From: an uncultured Myxococcales bacterium
Lineage (GTDB): Bacteria; Myxococcota; UBA4151
NCBI GenBank assembly: GCA_964013405.1
Contig: CAXGWI010000026.1
Location: 1 to 30,888 of the forward strand
Reading direction: 5' to 3'
Length of the DNA: 30,888 nt
This document shows, piece by piece, positions 17,275 through 27,973 of the stretch. The position numbers were made by a program, and so were the translations under genes. The notes beneath the pieces are model-generated. The model searched no databases. It was not told the DNA's origin and was given only the letters and a program-made list of their open reading frames with translations. Every line of letters begins with the position of its first letter. Position 1 is the stretch's first letter.

Positions 17275-19062
17275 TCAGGACTGGACGGTGTGAATCACCC
17301 GCTGGGGGAAGGGGATCTCGATGCCTTCGGCGTCGAAGGCCTCCTTGAGCCGCTTGTTGAGCTCCCGGACCACGGCCCATTGCTCGCCGGGACCGGTTGT
17401 CGCCATCACCCGGAACGTAACGGCTGAATCCGCAAGTTCCGTGACGCCAACGAACACGGGTGCATCCTGAAGTCTTTCCTTCCAGTCCTCTTCCGCAAAC
17501 AGGGTTTCGCCGACCTGGTTAACGATGGCTTCCACCTGATTCAGGTCGCTGCCGTAGCCAACCCCAACGTGACAGAGCGCCCGGCACCAATCCCGAGTGA
17601 GGTTCGCCACGCGACTGATACTGCCGTTGGGGATCACGTGCAGCGTGCCATCGAGCTGCCGGATCCGAGTGGAGCGTAGATTGATCTGCTCAACTGTCCC
17701 CGTTTGTCCCGCGATTTCCACCACGTCGCCCACAGCATATTGATTCTCGATGAGGATGAAGAAGCCGTTGACCAGGTCCTTCACAAGGCTCTGAGACCCG
17801 AAGGAGATGGCGAGACCGAGGATGGCGACGCTGCCGAGAATCGGCCCTGTATTCACCCCAATCGTATCGAGGGCGATGAGGCCTGCGATCACAAAGGCGG
17901 CGATCCGAAGCAGGCCAGTGAGTACGGCTGCAATGGTGCCTGCTCGTTGTTCTCCAGCCGACTGATGGCTGGCATCACCGTCATCGGCCGCATGCTGGAT
18001 CCCTTTGCCAAGGGTGTTGATGAAGACGAGGCCAATCTTGAGGAAAATAGCGATCAGGAGCAGGCCAAGCATCACCTGCCAGCCGCGCCGCTGGGACCAA
18101 TCCACGGTGCCATCGAGGGCGACTTGAGCCCAGCGTCCGAGCCGACTGGCTTCCACCACGTCTTGTTCTAGAGCCTCAATGCGACCGATTCGGTACTTGA
18201 TACGCCCTTCGACGAGGGTTCTCTCGATTTGATAGGCTTTGAGTTGACGGGTCTGTCCCTTCAAGTCGAGCCTGAGCGCCTGTGCTTTTGTCCGAATCTC
18301 TTCAGCCCGTTTGGACCAGTAGGCGCCGTAGGCCTGGGACCAGGGATCCGCAGGCTCCGGTCCGACTTCACTTTGTTGCTCTGCGATTCTCAACTCCTCC
18401 TGGGCCAGTTGGGAATCGACGGTCTGGGCCTTCACGAGGATCGTGGTGGACTCGATCTGTCGCTCGACCATGGCGTCGTCTGCTTCGGCGAGCACCCGCT
18501 TGCCACTTTGGATTTTTAACTGCCGTTCCAGGTCATCGAGATGACGGCGGTGTCGCCGCAGGGGGTTTTGGTGGCTCGTCAAGACGCCGGACTCCTCTTG
18601 GCCAAACCGGGCGTCGTCCACCTGCTCCATGGCATCGATGGCGTTCTCCAAAGCGTCTCGCTCGGTCACGACCGCCTCCAAGTAGACGTCTTGGTTGGCA
18701 ATTTTGCGGGTGGAGAGATCAGCCCAATCTCGAAGGCCTTTTGCCTTCGCCGCACCGCTGGGAACCGAGGCATGACTCAACTCGTTGGCGTAGGCCCGAG
18801 CTGTCAGGACCTGGCGCTCCCAGTAGGCTTTCCACTCCCGATTACTGAAGGCCTTGGTCTCGAGCAGTCGAAGGCGCTCTTGGAGTTGATTGGCCCGGGT
18901 ATTGCCCCGGTCGATATCCGCCGAAAGCGTGACGAGCTGGGGGCGGTCTTCAAGGGCTTCCCGCCAAGCTTGCTGCGTCAAGCGTAAGGACTCCTTCGCT
19001 TCGAAGCGCGGGGCCTCGGCCCCGGGCGTTTGGGCGATGATCAGACTAATCGCGAACCACAT
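17275..19062 (-). CDS. Small-conductance mechanosensitive channel (MscS family, YbiO-like) with a long N-terminal coiled-coil region
   Basis: GLAISFGSQSLVKDLVNGFFILIENQYAVGDVV, GTVEQINLRSTRIR, IPNGSI, GIEIPFPQR; ~300 aa helical charged region before the TM segments. Confidence 0.92.
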   Translation of the reverse strand: MWFAISLIIAQTPGAEAPRFEAKESLRLTQQAWREALEDRPQLVTLSADIDRGNTRANQLQERLRLLETKAFSNREWKAYWERQVLTARAYANELSHASVPSGAAKAKGLRDWADLSTRKIANQDVYLEAVVTERDALENAIDAMEQVDDARFGQEESGVLTSHQNPLRRHRRHLDDLERQLKIQSGKRVLAEADDAMVERQIESTTILVKAQTVDSQLAQEELRIAEQQSEVGPEPADPWSQAYGAYWSKRAEEIRTKAQALRLDLKGQTRQLKAYQIERTLVEGRIKYRIGRIEALEQDVVEASRLGRWAQVALDGTVDWSQRRGWQVMLGLLLIAIFLKIGLVFINTLGKGIQHAADDGDASHQSAGEQRAGTIAAVLTGLLRIAAFVIAGLIALDTIGVNTGPILGSVAILGLAISFGSQSLVKDLVNGFFILIENQYAVGDVVEIAGQTGTVEQINLRSTRIRQLDGTLHVIPNGSISRVANLTRDWCRALCHVGVGYGSDLNQVEAIVNQVGETLFAEEDWKERLQDAPVFVGVTELADSAVTFRVMATTGPGEQWAVVRELNKRLKEAFDAEGIEIPFPQRVIHTVQS

Positions 19063-19155
19063 GGCATCGTCTCCGGGGCTCGGCTATCCACAGGCCGAGG
19101 CGGCTGCAAGACGCAAATGGCCTGGCCCACTGATCATGACTGAGGAAGTCGTCGC

Positions 19156-20724
19156 TTAAAGGATGGCTGCGGGTACGAAGCCTGCGAGCCAGGTGCGGAA
19201 CCGCAGGGTCCAGGGCGCAAAGCGGTCGCCATTGTCCTTTTCGGTCACTCGGAGGGAGTTTTCCGGTTTGATCTCTTGCTCAATCCAATCGAGGACGCCG
19301 CGAGCGGCGGCAGCCGAAGGGATCAGCACGACGCATTCGGTATTTAAGTTCGCGCTGCGCGGGTCGAGATTGAAGGTGCCGATGACGAGCAATTCATCGT
19401 CAACGACCATGGTCTTCGCATGGAGGCTATAAATCGGCAGTTTGCGCATCGAGCGAACCTGAGCACTGGACATGAGATCCCGCCGGATGCGGGCATCGGG
19501 ACGAAACTCATAGAGTTCAACACCGGCGGCCAGAAGCTTTGATCGGACCCTTTGATAACCCCGGTGCGCGGCCAGGCCATCGGTTGTGGGCAGGCTGTTG
19601 GTCATGATGATGACTTGAACCCCCCGTTTGGTGGTTTCTTGGAACAGCTTTTCACCCAGCGATGTGGTGATGAGGTAGGGGGTTTGGATCACGATTCGCT
19701 TTTTGGCGGCGCGGACAATTTCAATGAGGGTTGTGGTGGCGAGACCACCACCACCCAGGCCCTCTTTACCCGGGTTCTTGCCCGGGTCATCGGAGACAAA
19801 GACCACATCGTCGACCCAGTGGAGCTCATTGGTGGCGGCCAGTTGTTGAAAGACCAGGGGAACCTGACTGATCCGTTTGCGCGTGCTGGTCCTGAAGTTG
19901 TTGGGGTCGCAAGCATAGCGCCGGAGTTGGCTGGCGAACCGCTGGGCGACCTTGGGGTCGGCCGGGCCCATCAGCCCAGTGACTTGGGCTGAGCGTTTGT
20001 CGGACCAAAACTGATCGAAGCTTCGGCTGACTTGCGCCACTGCCTCACCGAGCAGCAGGACATCTCGGTCGCGGAAGTTGAACTGGGTATTGAAGTCAAA
20101 GTACTCGTCGGCGATGTTGCGTCCCCCTGTGATCACCGCTTGGCCATCGACGATAAAGGTCTTGTTGTGCATGCGTTGGTTGGCACCACGGAAGTCCATG
20201 GCAGCCTTGGTGAGTGCAACGGGTAGACTTTTGCCGGTCTTCAAATTCGGATTGTAGACCCGGACTTCGAGGTTCTCCTGGGCATCCATAAGTTGCAGTA
20301 GTTCCGCGTCCGTGTCGTAGAGCAGGTCGTCGATGAGTAAGCGGACTTTGACGCCCCGCTTGGCCGCTTGGATCAAGTAGTCGATGGCGATCAAGCCGAC
20401 GTTGTCCGACGAGAAAATGAAGTACTGGACGTCGATGCTTTTGAGGGCGTTTTCCGCCAGCCAGGCCCGGCTGACCATGGCACCGGCACCGTCCTCAAGC
20501 ACCCAGACGCCGGTACGCTTCGCCAATTGCTCCTCGTAAGCAGCCAGGGCGCTGCTCAGCCCCTGGGCCGGGGCCTGGACGAGGGAAGCGCAGTGGTCCT
20601 TCTTGGCCGCGAGGTCCCCATGCAGCAGCCGGTCTTTGACCGTCGCATGACAGCCGGTCGCGAGCAGGACGACGCTGGCGAGATAGGGCGCCAGGTGCCC
20701 GCGGCTGGCTAGCCTATTTGGCAC
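19156..20724 (-). CDS. Phospholipase D family protein (ClsC/YmdC-like cardiolipin synthase), predicted lipoprotein
   Basis: Two HKD motifs (RMHNKTFIVD with GGRNIADEYF; LHAKTMVVD with GTFNLDPRSANLNTE); LLATGC lipobox; GTG start overlaps the upstream gene. Confidence 0.88.
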   Translation of the reverse strand: MPNRLASRGHLAPYLASVVLLATGCHATVKDRLLHGDLAAKKDHCASLVQAPAQGLSSALAAYEEQLAKRTGVWVLEDGAGAMVSRAWLAENALKSIDVQYFIFSSDNVGLIAIDYLIQAAKRGVKVRLLIDDLLYDTDAELLQLMDAQENLEVRVYNPNLKTGKSLPVALTKAAMDFRGANQRMHNKTFIVDGQAVITGGRNIADEYFDFNTQFNFRDRDVLLLGEAVAQVSRSFDQFWSDKRSAQVTGLMGPADPKVAQRFASQLRRYACDPNNFRTSTRKRISQVPLVFQQLAATNELHWVDDVVFVSDDPGKNPGKEGLGGGGLATTTLIEIVRAAKKRIVIQTPYLITTSLGEKLFQETTKRGVQVIIMTNSLPTTDGLAAHRGYQRVRSKLLAAGVELYEFRPDARIRRDLMSSAQVRSMRKLPIYSLHAKTMVVDDELLVIGTFNLDPRSANLNTECVVLIPSAAAARGVLDWIEQEIKPENSLRVTEKDNGDRFAPWTLRFRTWLAGFVPAAIL

Positions 20725-21136
20725 GGGGGACTGGGCCAGATTTCAGTGTGACGGTTCTGGCGCTCACTAGGACACAGCGCTGACCGAAAAGCGGCCGGGT
20801 CCCAAGCAGGATGAAGCCATTGCTGCTCACCCGGTAGCGCGGGGCGAAGAGATGGGTGGCCGTTTTCGCATTTTCGAGGGCATCATAGATGGCCTCTTTA
20901 TGCTCTGCGCTGAGGCCCCAGCCAAAGCCGCCGCTCAATTCGCCGCCTCGGTACTGAAAGAGGGAAGCCAAGCGGAAGCCGAGGAGATAGTTGCCACAGG
21001 CTTCGCCCTCAATCCAGTCACCCACAACGTAATCTGCGCTCGCCAGGGGGAGGGCTGCAGCAGGAATCGTCCGGCTGTTGTGGGCGCAGCCAACCGAGGT
21101 GGTCAGGACAAAAACGAAGGGAAGGATGCGTGCCAT
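20714..21136 (-). CDS. Small hypothetical lipoprotein (weak TRL-like pattern)
   Basis: MARILPFVFVLTTSVGC lipobox; GGAG SD upstream; EGEAC...LLG and C-terminal CVLVSA; co-oriented with and overlapping the PLD gene. Confidence 0.65.
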   Translation of the reverse strand: MARILPFVFVLTTSVGCAHNSRTIPAAALPLASADYVVGDWIEGEACGNYLLGFRLASLFQYRGGELSGGFGWGLSAEHKEAIYDALENAKTATHLFAPRYRVSSNGFILLGTRPLFGQRCVLVSARTVTLKSGPVPRAK

Positions 21137-21296
21137 TTGGGGTCTCCGCGATCATCATAGGAGAACTCAGCGATGATTGGCTAGACTCGCTACACAACTC
21201 GCTGGGTTCGTGCGTGCCGGGACCCTGCACGCGAAGAAGGCTTGCCGGCCAGGCGTTCCCCCTATAGACGATCGCTCGCTACGGGGAGGTACCCAC

Positions 21297-21833
21297 GTGC
21301 TGCTTCAAGGCCAAGCCTTCGAGCAGTTAATCGAGCACTGGCTCGAGTCCCTCGTCCCGTTGGTTCCCTCAGGTAGCCTAATCGTCGGGATTCGAACGGG
21401 CGGAGAGCCGCTGGCTCGCCGGCTCGCGGATCGCCTCGCCCGAGAGGGGAAAGGCGCCCAGTTGGGACTGCTCGATATCGCCCTTTACCGAGATGACGTG
21501 GGTCTGCGCATGAAGACGCCCAGGGTCCTCGGTACCGAGATCCCCCAGGAGATCGATGACCGCTTCATCGTCCTCGTCGATGATGTCTTTTACACCGGTC
21601 GAACCATTCGTGCGGCCTTGAGTCGTATCGCCGACCTGGGCCGACCCAAGCATGTGCTCCTCGCCTGTCTCGCTCGCCGACCCGGGCGGGAGTTGCCCAT
21701 CGTCCCTGATGTGGTGGGGACCGAGTTGGAAGCCCCCCCCCAAGGCTTCAAAATTGAAGTGAGCATGGCTGAGGGGCTCATTCGAAGCACGGCGGTCACT
21801 GAGTTATTGCCGCTCAGCGAGGAGGATGCATGA
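21297..21833 (+). CDS. pyrR: PyrR bifunctional pyrimidine regulator / uracil phosphoribosyltransferase (divergent N-terminus)
   Basis: LDIALYRDD, IVLVDDVFYTGRTIRAA (PRPP motif), GRP, RELPI; start revised to GTG 21297 after GGGGAGG; lies directly upstream of pyrB. Confidence 0.88.
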   Translation: MLLQGQAFEQLIEHWLESLVPLVPSGSLIVGIRTGGEPLARRLADRLAREGKGAQLGLLDIALYRDDVGLRMKTPRVLGTEIPQEIDDRFIVLVDDVFYTGRTIRAALSRIADLGRPKHVLLACLARRPGRELPIVPDVVGTELEAPPQGFKIEVSMAEGLIRSTAVTELLPLSEEDA

Positions 21834-22813
21834 GGGGCGTCTCTGGGCTTGGACAGCTTGATTCCCTCGAAGGACTCACCAATCGGAGCGGTTGGCCCCA
21901 CAGCTTGTTCTCCACCGATGGCCTGCCTCGCGATGCGGCGCTGGAGATCATCGGGACCGCCCGGGAAATGGTTGAGGTCGGACGCCGGCGGGTCAAGAAG
22001 CTGCCGACCCTCCGCGGCCGGACGGTCATCAACGCCTTCTTCGAGAATTCGACTCGCACGCGGGTCAGTTTCGAACTGGCCGGCAAACGTATGGGGGCCG
22101 ATGTGATCAACTTTTCGGCCGCGGCGAGCTCCGGTGCGAAGGGCGAAACCCTCGGGGATACGGCCCGCACGCTCGCCGCAATGAACCCGGATTTGATCGT
22201 GATCCGGCACCCAGAGGGTGGGGCGCCGTGGTTTCTCCGGGAACGGGTGGGCTGTGCGGTGATCAACGCTGGTGATGGTATCAACGAACATCCCACCCAG
22301 GCGCTCCTCGATGCGCTGACGCTCATGGAGCAGCTGGGTGACTTGGATGGCCGGACCATCGCGATCGTCGGCGATGTGGCCCACAGTCGGGTGGCCCGTT
22401 CCAATATTCACTTGCTCCATACCCTGGGGGCGACGGTGATCTGCGTGAGCCCGTCGACCATGCGACCAGCCCAGATGGACCAGTCATTGAAGGCCCAGTG
22501 GACCGACGATTTGGATGCGGTGTTGCCTCGCTGCGACGCGGTCATGATGCTCCGCATCCAGCGGGAGCGCCTGCGCGAGAGCCTGTTTCCTCACAATCGG
22601 GAGTTCGCCATTCGTTTCGGCTTGAACCCCCGTCGGGCAGATCTGCTGCCCGCTCACGGCATCATCCTTCATCCCGGGCCGATGAATCGGGGCGTCGAGA
22701 TTGAGCCGGCCGTGGCCGATGGCGACCGGGCGATGATCCTGTCCCAGGTGGAAAACGGTGTCGCCGTACGCATGGCACTGCAACTCATGTTGCTGGCAAG
22801 GGGTGAAGGATGA
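21830..22813 (+). CDS. pyrB: Aspartate carbamoyltransferase catalytic subunit
   Basis: FFENSTRTRVSFE, KGETLGDT, NAGDGINEHPTQALLD, GDVAHSRVARSN, LRIQRER, HPGPMNRGVEI. Confidence 0.97.
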   Translation: MRGVSGLGQLDSLEGLTNRSGWPHSLFSTDGLPRDAALEIIGTAREMVEVGRRRVKKLPTLRGRTVINAFFENSTRTRVSFELAGKRMGADVINFSAAASSGAKGETLGDTARTLAAMNPDLIVIRHPEGGAPWFLRERVGCAVINAGDGINEHPTQALLDALTLMEQLGDLDGRTIAIVGDVAHSRVARSNIHLLHTLGATVICVSPSTMRPAQMDQSLKAQWTDDLDAVLPRCDAVMMLRIQRERLRESLFPHNREFAIRFGLNPRRADLLPAHGIILHPGPMNRGVEIEPAVADGDRAMILSQVENGVAVRMALQLMLLARGEG

Positions 22814-24111
22814 GTCTGCGTTGGATCGCTGGAGGACGGGTGATCGACCCAGGCCAGGGGGTGGACCGCCTTGGGGATGTGGAGATCGCTGATGGTCACG
22901 TGGTTGCTCTTCACCCTGAGGGAACCGCACCCGTGGGCGAGGGGACCTTGGATGCCAAGGGCCTTTGGGTCCTGCCGGGGCTCATCGACATCCATGTGCA
23001 CCTCCGGGAACCGGGTCAGGAGTACAAAGAAGATTTGCTCAGCGGTTCGAGAGCGGCCGTCGCCGGGGGGGTCACCACATTGGTGTGCATGCCCAACACG
23101 AAACCGGCGATCGACAAACGGGAAGTCGTTGGTCTTTTGCGGCGGCGAGCCGATCAGATCGGTCTCTGCGATATCCAGGTCTGCGGTGCGATCTCCCGGG
23201 GGCTGAAGGGCGAGGAGCTGGCAGACCTGGGCGAAATGGCCGAAGCCGGAGCCGCGTGCTTTAGCGATGACGGCTATCCGGTGATGAATGCGGGGCTGCT
23301 GCGCCGGGCCTTTGAGTACGCGAGCGATTTGAACCTCATGCTCATGCTCCACGAGGAAGAGATCGACCTGTCCAATGGTGGCTCCATGCATGAAGGGGCC
23401 GTGAGCAGCCGAGCCGGTCTGCGGGGGATTCCCGCAGCCTCTGAGTCTTCGTTGATCGCCCGAGATTTGGAGATCGCCCACGAGTTTGGTGGGCGCATGC
23501 ATGTCTGTCATATGAGCACCAAGCGGGGTGTGGAACTGGTTCGGGCTGCGAAGGCCCGCGGCTGGCCTGTGAGTGCGGAAGTCACGCCGCACCATTTGTT
23601 TCTGACGGATTTAGCGGTGGTTGAATCCGATTACCATGGGCACACTAAGATGAACCCGCCGCTCCGCTCCCGAGAGCATGTCCAAGCGCTGCGAGAGGGG
23701 CTTCGGGACGGCACGATCGAAGCGATTGCAACGGACCACGCGCCCCATGGTGATGTGGAAAAGGAAGAAGCCTTCGGCTGCTGTGCGTTTGGCGTCACCG
23801 GCTTGGAAACCAGCTTTGCCCTCAGTTTGCGATTGGTGGATGAGGGGGTCATCGACTTGTCTCGGGCCGTTGAACTTCATACCGCTGGCCCAGCCAACGT
23901 GATGGGCTGGAGCGATCGGGGGCGCCTTGAGCCCGGCCGCCGGGCTGATCTGTGTTTAGTGGATCCAGAAGTGGTCTGGACCGTCGATCCGAACGAGGGC
24001 TTCTCGAAGAGTGTCAACACGCCTTTCGTTGGCTGGCAACTCAAAGGGCGAGTCTGCACCACCATCTTCGAAGGTAACATCGTTTATCAAAATGGAAGGC
24101 CTGCACGATGA
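22810..24111 (+). CDS. pyrC: Dihydroorotase (long, class I)
   Basis: DIHVHLREPG, CMPNT, EVTPHHL, KMNPPLR, IATDHAPH, SKSVNTPF. Confidence 0.96.
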   Translation: MSLRWIAGGRVIDPGQGVDRLGDVEIADGHVVALHPEGTAPVGEGTLDAKGLWVLPGLIDIHVHLREPGQEYKEDLLSGSRAAVAGGVTTLVCMPNTKPAIDKREVVGLLRRRADQIGLCDIQVCGAISRGLKGEELADLGEMAEAGAACFSDDGYPVMNAGLLRRAFEYASDLNLMLMLHEEEIDLSNGGSMHEGAVSSRAGLRGIPAASESSLIARDLEIAHEFGGRMHVCHMSTKRGVELVRAAKARGWPVSAEVTPHHLFLTDLAVVESDYHGHTKMNPPLRSREHVQALREGLRDGTIEAIATDHAPHGDVEKEEAFGCCAFGVTGLETSFALSLRLVDEGVIDLSRAVELHTAGPANVMGWSDRGRLEPGRRADLCLVDPEVVWTVDPNEGFSKSVNTPFVGWQLKGRVCTTIFEGNIVYQNGRPAR

Positions 24112-25214
24112 CAACAGCGACCCTGATACTGGCCGATGGTCGGCGTCTGCAGGGCGAAGGCTTTGGGGCTGAGGGCATAAGCTTTGGCGAAGTGGTCTTC
24201 AACACGGCCATGTGGGGTTACCAAGAGATCCTGACCGACCCCTCCTATCGGCGTCAGATCGTCACCCTGACTTCCGCGGAGATCGGGAATTACGGCTGTG
24301 TTCCCCGGGATGATGAGTCCGCCGGGCCTCAAGTGGCCGGCTTGATTATTCGGGCCCTCAGTCCGCTCGCCAGCAACCACCGGTCTGAAGAAGATCTCGA
24401 TCGTTATCTGCGGCGCCACGGTGTGGTGGCGATCCGTGGCATCGACACCCGGGCCTTGACCCGTTCGATCCGCGATGAGGGGGCGATTCCGGGAGCCATC
24501 TGTTTTGGCGACGATCTCGACCTGGACGGGATCGCAGCCGAACTGGCTGAGCAGCCTTCGATGGAGGGATCTGACTTAGCCTCGGAGGTCACGACCTCAT
24601 CGGTCTATGAATGGGGCGTCAATAGTGCGGGCGAGGATCGTCGCGGTGAGGGCAGCTACCACGTGGTGGCCTATGACTTCGGTGTGAAGCGGAACATCTT
24701 GCGACTCCTCAAGGACGCTGGAGCTCGAGTCACCGTGGTTCCTGCAAACACGTCAGCGGCGGCCGTTGATGCGCTGTCCCCCGACGGGATCTTTCTCTCC
24801 AACGGCCCCGGTGACCCGGCCGCTGTGGACTATGTGTTGCCGGTGATCGAGGCGTTGATGGGTCGTTATCCTACCTTTGGTATTTGTCTGGGGCATCAAC
24901 TCATGGCCCTCAGCCAGGGGGCGGCAACCTTCAAGATGAAGTTTGGTCACCGCGGCGGTAATCATCCCGTGCAGCACTTCAAGGCCGAGCGGGTAGAGAT
25001 CACCAGTCAAAATCACGGATTTGCGGTCAGTGATGAGGGGCTGCCCGAGCACCTTGTTGTCACCCACCGTCATCTCAATGACCAGACCATCGCCGGCCTC
25101 CAGTACGATGGCTTTCGAGCCTTTTCGGTCCAGTTCCACCCCGAGGCTGCCCCTGGGCCCCATGACAGCCGCTCCCTGTTTTACCAGTTTCGCCAACTGA
25201 TCGAGTCGTCATGA
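24108..25214 (+). CDS. carA: Carbamoyl-phosphate synthase small subunit
   Basis: GEVVFNT, GYQEILTDPSY, SNGPGDP, FGICLGHQ, SQNHGF, VQFHPEAAPGPHD. Confidence 0.97.
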   Translation: MTTATLILADGRRLQGEGFGAEGISFGEVVFNTAMWGYQEILTDPSYRRQIVTLTSAEIGNYGCVPRDDESAGPQVAGLIIRALSPLASNHRSEEDLDRYLRRHGVVAIRGIDTRALTRSIRDEGAIPGAICFGDDLDLDGIAAELAEQPSMEGSDLASEVTTSSVYEWGVNSAGEDRRGEGSYHVVAYDFGVKRNILRLLKDAGARVTVVPANTSAAAVDALSPDGIFLSNGPGDPAAVDYVLPVIEALMGRYPTFGICLGHQLMALSQGAATFKMKFGHRGGNHPVQHFKAERVEITSQNHGFAVSDEGLPEHLVVTHRHLNDQTIAGLQYDGFRAFSVQFHPEAAPGPHDSRSLFYQFRQLIESS

Positions 25215-26074
25215 CCTTTCCCGCAGAGACGGCCCGGTTGACCGTCTGCGACTGGCTGGCCGAGTATTGCGCATCTCGGGGCGACGACAGCTTAGGGCAA
25301 GGTATCTGCCACGCTGTCCTCGCTGGTGGAAAGCGGCTCCGTCCGGTGTTGACGCTGCTTTGGGGGCGCCGGTTTGGCGCCCCTGAGCATGCGCTGCGGG
25401 AAGCCTGCCTCGCAGTCGAGTTACTCCACACCTACAGCTTGGTTCATGATGACCTTCCGGCCATGGACGACGATGCCCTCCGACGGGGGCAGCCGACGGT
25501 CCACGTCGCTTTTGGTGAGGCGGTGGCCATTTTGGTCGGCGATGCCTTGCTTACCGAGGCCCTTGGGCGCTTCGGTCAGATCGAGGGGGGCGACCCCGAG
25601 CGCAGTTTGAAAGCCCTCGACTGCCTCCAGCGCGCCGCCGGTGACCAAGGCATGGTCCGGGGCCAACTTCTGGATCTTTTAGGCGCCGCGAAGTCGGTCG
25701 AGGATGTGGTGGAGGTCCACCGACTCAAAACCGGCGCGCTGCTCTCCGCAGCCTGTGAAATGGGCGCAATTCTCGGCGGCGCATCGGCCGCCGATCAAGA
25801 CCGGGTGCGGCGCTTTGGTTTCCATCTAGGGCTCGCCTTTCAAGCGAGGGACGACCTTCTCGATGATGTCGGTGAAGAAGCAGCGCTGGGCAAACCGGTC
25901 GGATCCGATGCGGACCGGGCACTGCCCACGCTGCTTGCGCTTCTGGGCCCACATAATTGCCAACTCCGCGTCGAGGATGAGACGGCATTGGCCATGGATT
26001 GTCTCGATGGCAGCGATGAAGTCGAGGCAGAGATAGGTGCCCTCGCCGATTGGCTGCTCGCTCGCCAGAGTTAG
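25211..26074 (+). CDS. ispA: Polyprenyl (farnesyl/geranylgeranyl) diphosphate synthase
   Basis: GGKRLRP, SLVHDDLPAMDDDALRRG, GQLLDL, KTGAL, FQARDDLLD, LGKPVGSD. Confidence 0.92.
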   Translation: MTFPAETARLTVCDWLAEYCASRGDDSLGQGICHAVLAGGKRLRPVLTLLWGRRFGAPEHALREACLAVELLHTYSLVHDDLPAMDDDALRRGQPTVHVAFGEAVAILVGDALLTEALGRFGQIEGGDPERSLKALDCLQRAAGDQGMVRGQLLDLLGAAKSVEDVVEVHRLKTGALLSAACEMGAILGGASAADQDRVRRFGFHLGLAFQARDDLLDDVGEEAALGKPVGSDADRALPTLLALLGPHNCQLRVEDETALAMDCLDGSDEVEAEIGALADWLLARQS

Positions 26075-26092
26075 CTTTACTCGGCCGATACA

Positions 26093-26121
26093 TTGCGCCC
26101 CCCGTCCAGACCGGCTATCGT
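26093..26121 (+). promoter_or_regulatory. Possible sigma70-type promoter for the Cys/Gly-rich lipoprotein gene
   Basis: TTGCGC, 17-nt spacer, TATCGT, ending ~35 bp upstream of ATG 26157; consensus match only. Confidence 0.3.
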
Positions 26122-26156
26122 TGCTGCAGCCCCCGTAGGGGCTTGGGGAATATTCC

Positions 26157-27833
<1,677 letters not shown>

Positions 27834-27869
27834 GAGTTTCATCGAGCACCGGAAAGACTTCCGGCCATG

Positions 27870-27905
27870 GGAAAGGGGCGAATGGGTTCGCCCCTTTCCT
27901 TTTTT
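27870..27905 (+). terminator. Rho-independent terminator
   Basis: Perfect 13-bp stem GGAAAGGGGCGAA-tggg-TTCGCCCCTTTCC followed by T6; a smaller hairpin CCGGAA-agac-TTCCGG lies at 27849-27864. Confidence 0.88.
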
Positions 27906-27973
27906 GGTCCGGGGAACTGGTACCCATGGGCAAACTCTGGTAGCAGCCCACCGGAAAATCTGGGGGCAGTTGC

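Noticed and set aside
19156..21136. PLD plus adjacent lipoprotein as a T6SS effector-immunity pair
   Set aside because: The PLD has ClsC/YmdC-type motifs and its own lipoprotein signal, and there is no vgrG, PAAR or adaptor gene nearby.
21257..21287. Imperfect hairpin pairing TCCCC with the pyrR Shine-Dalgarno
   Set aside because: It is bulged and lacks a PyrR-binding motif. A possible promoter (TTGCCG at 21242, TAGACG at 21265) would start transcription inside it and remove the left arm.
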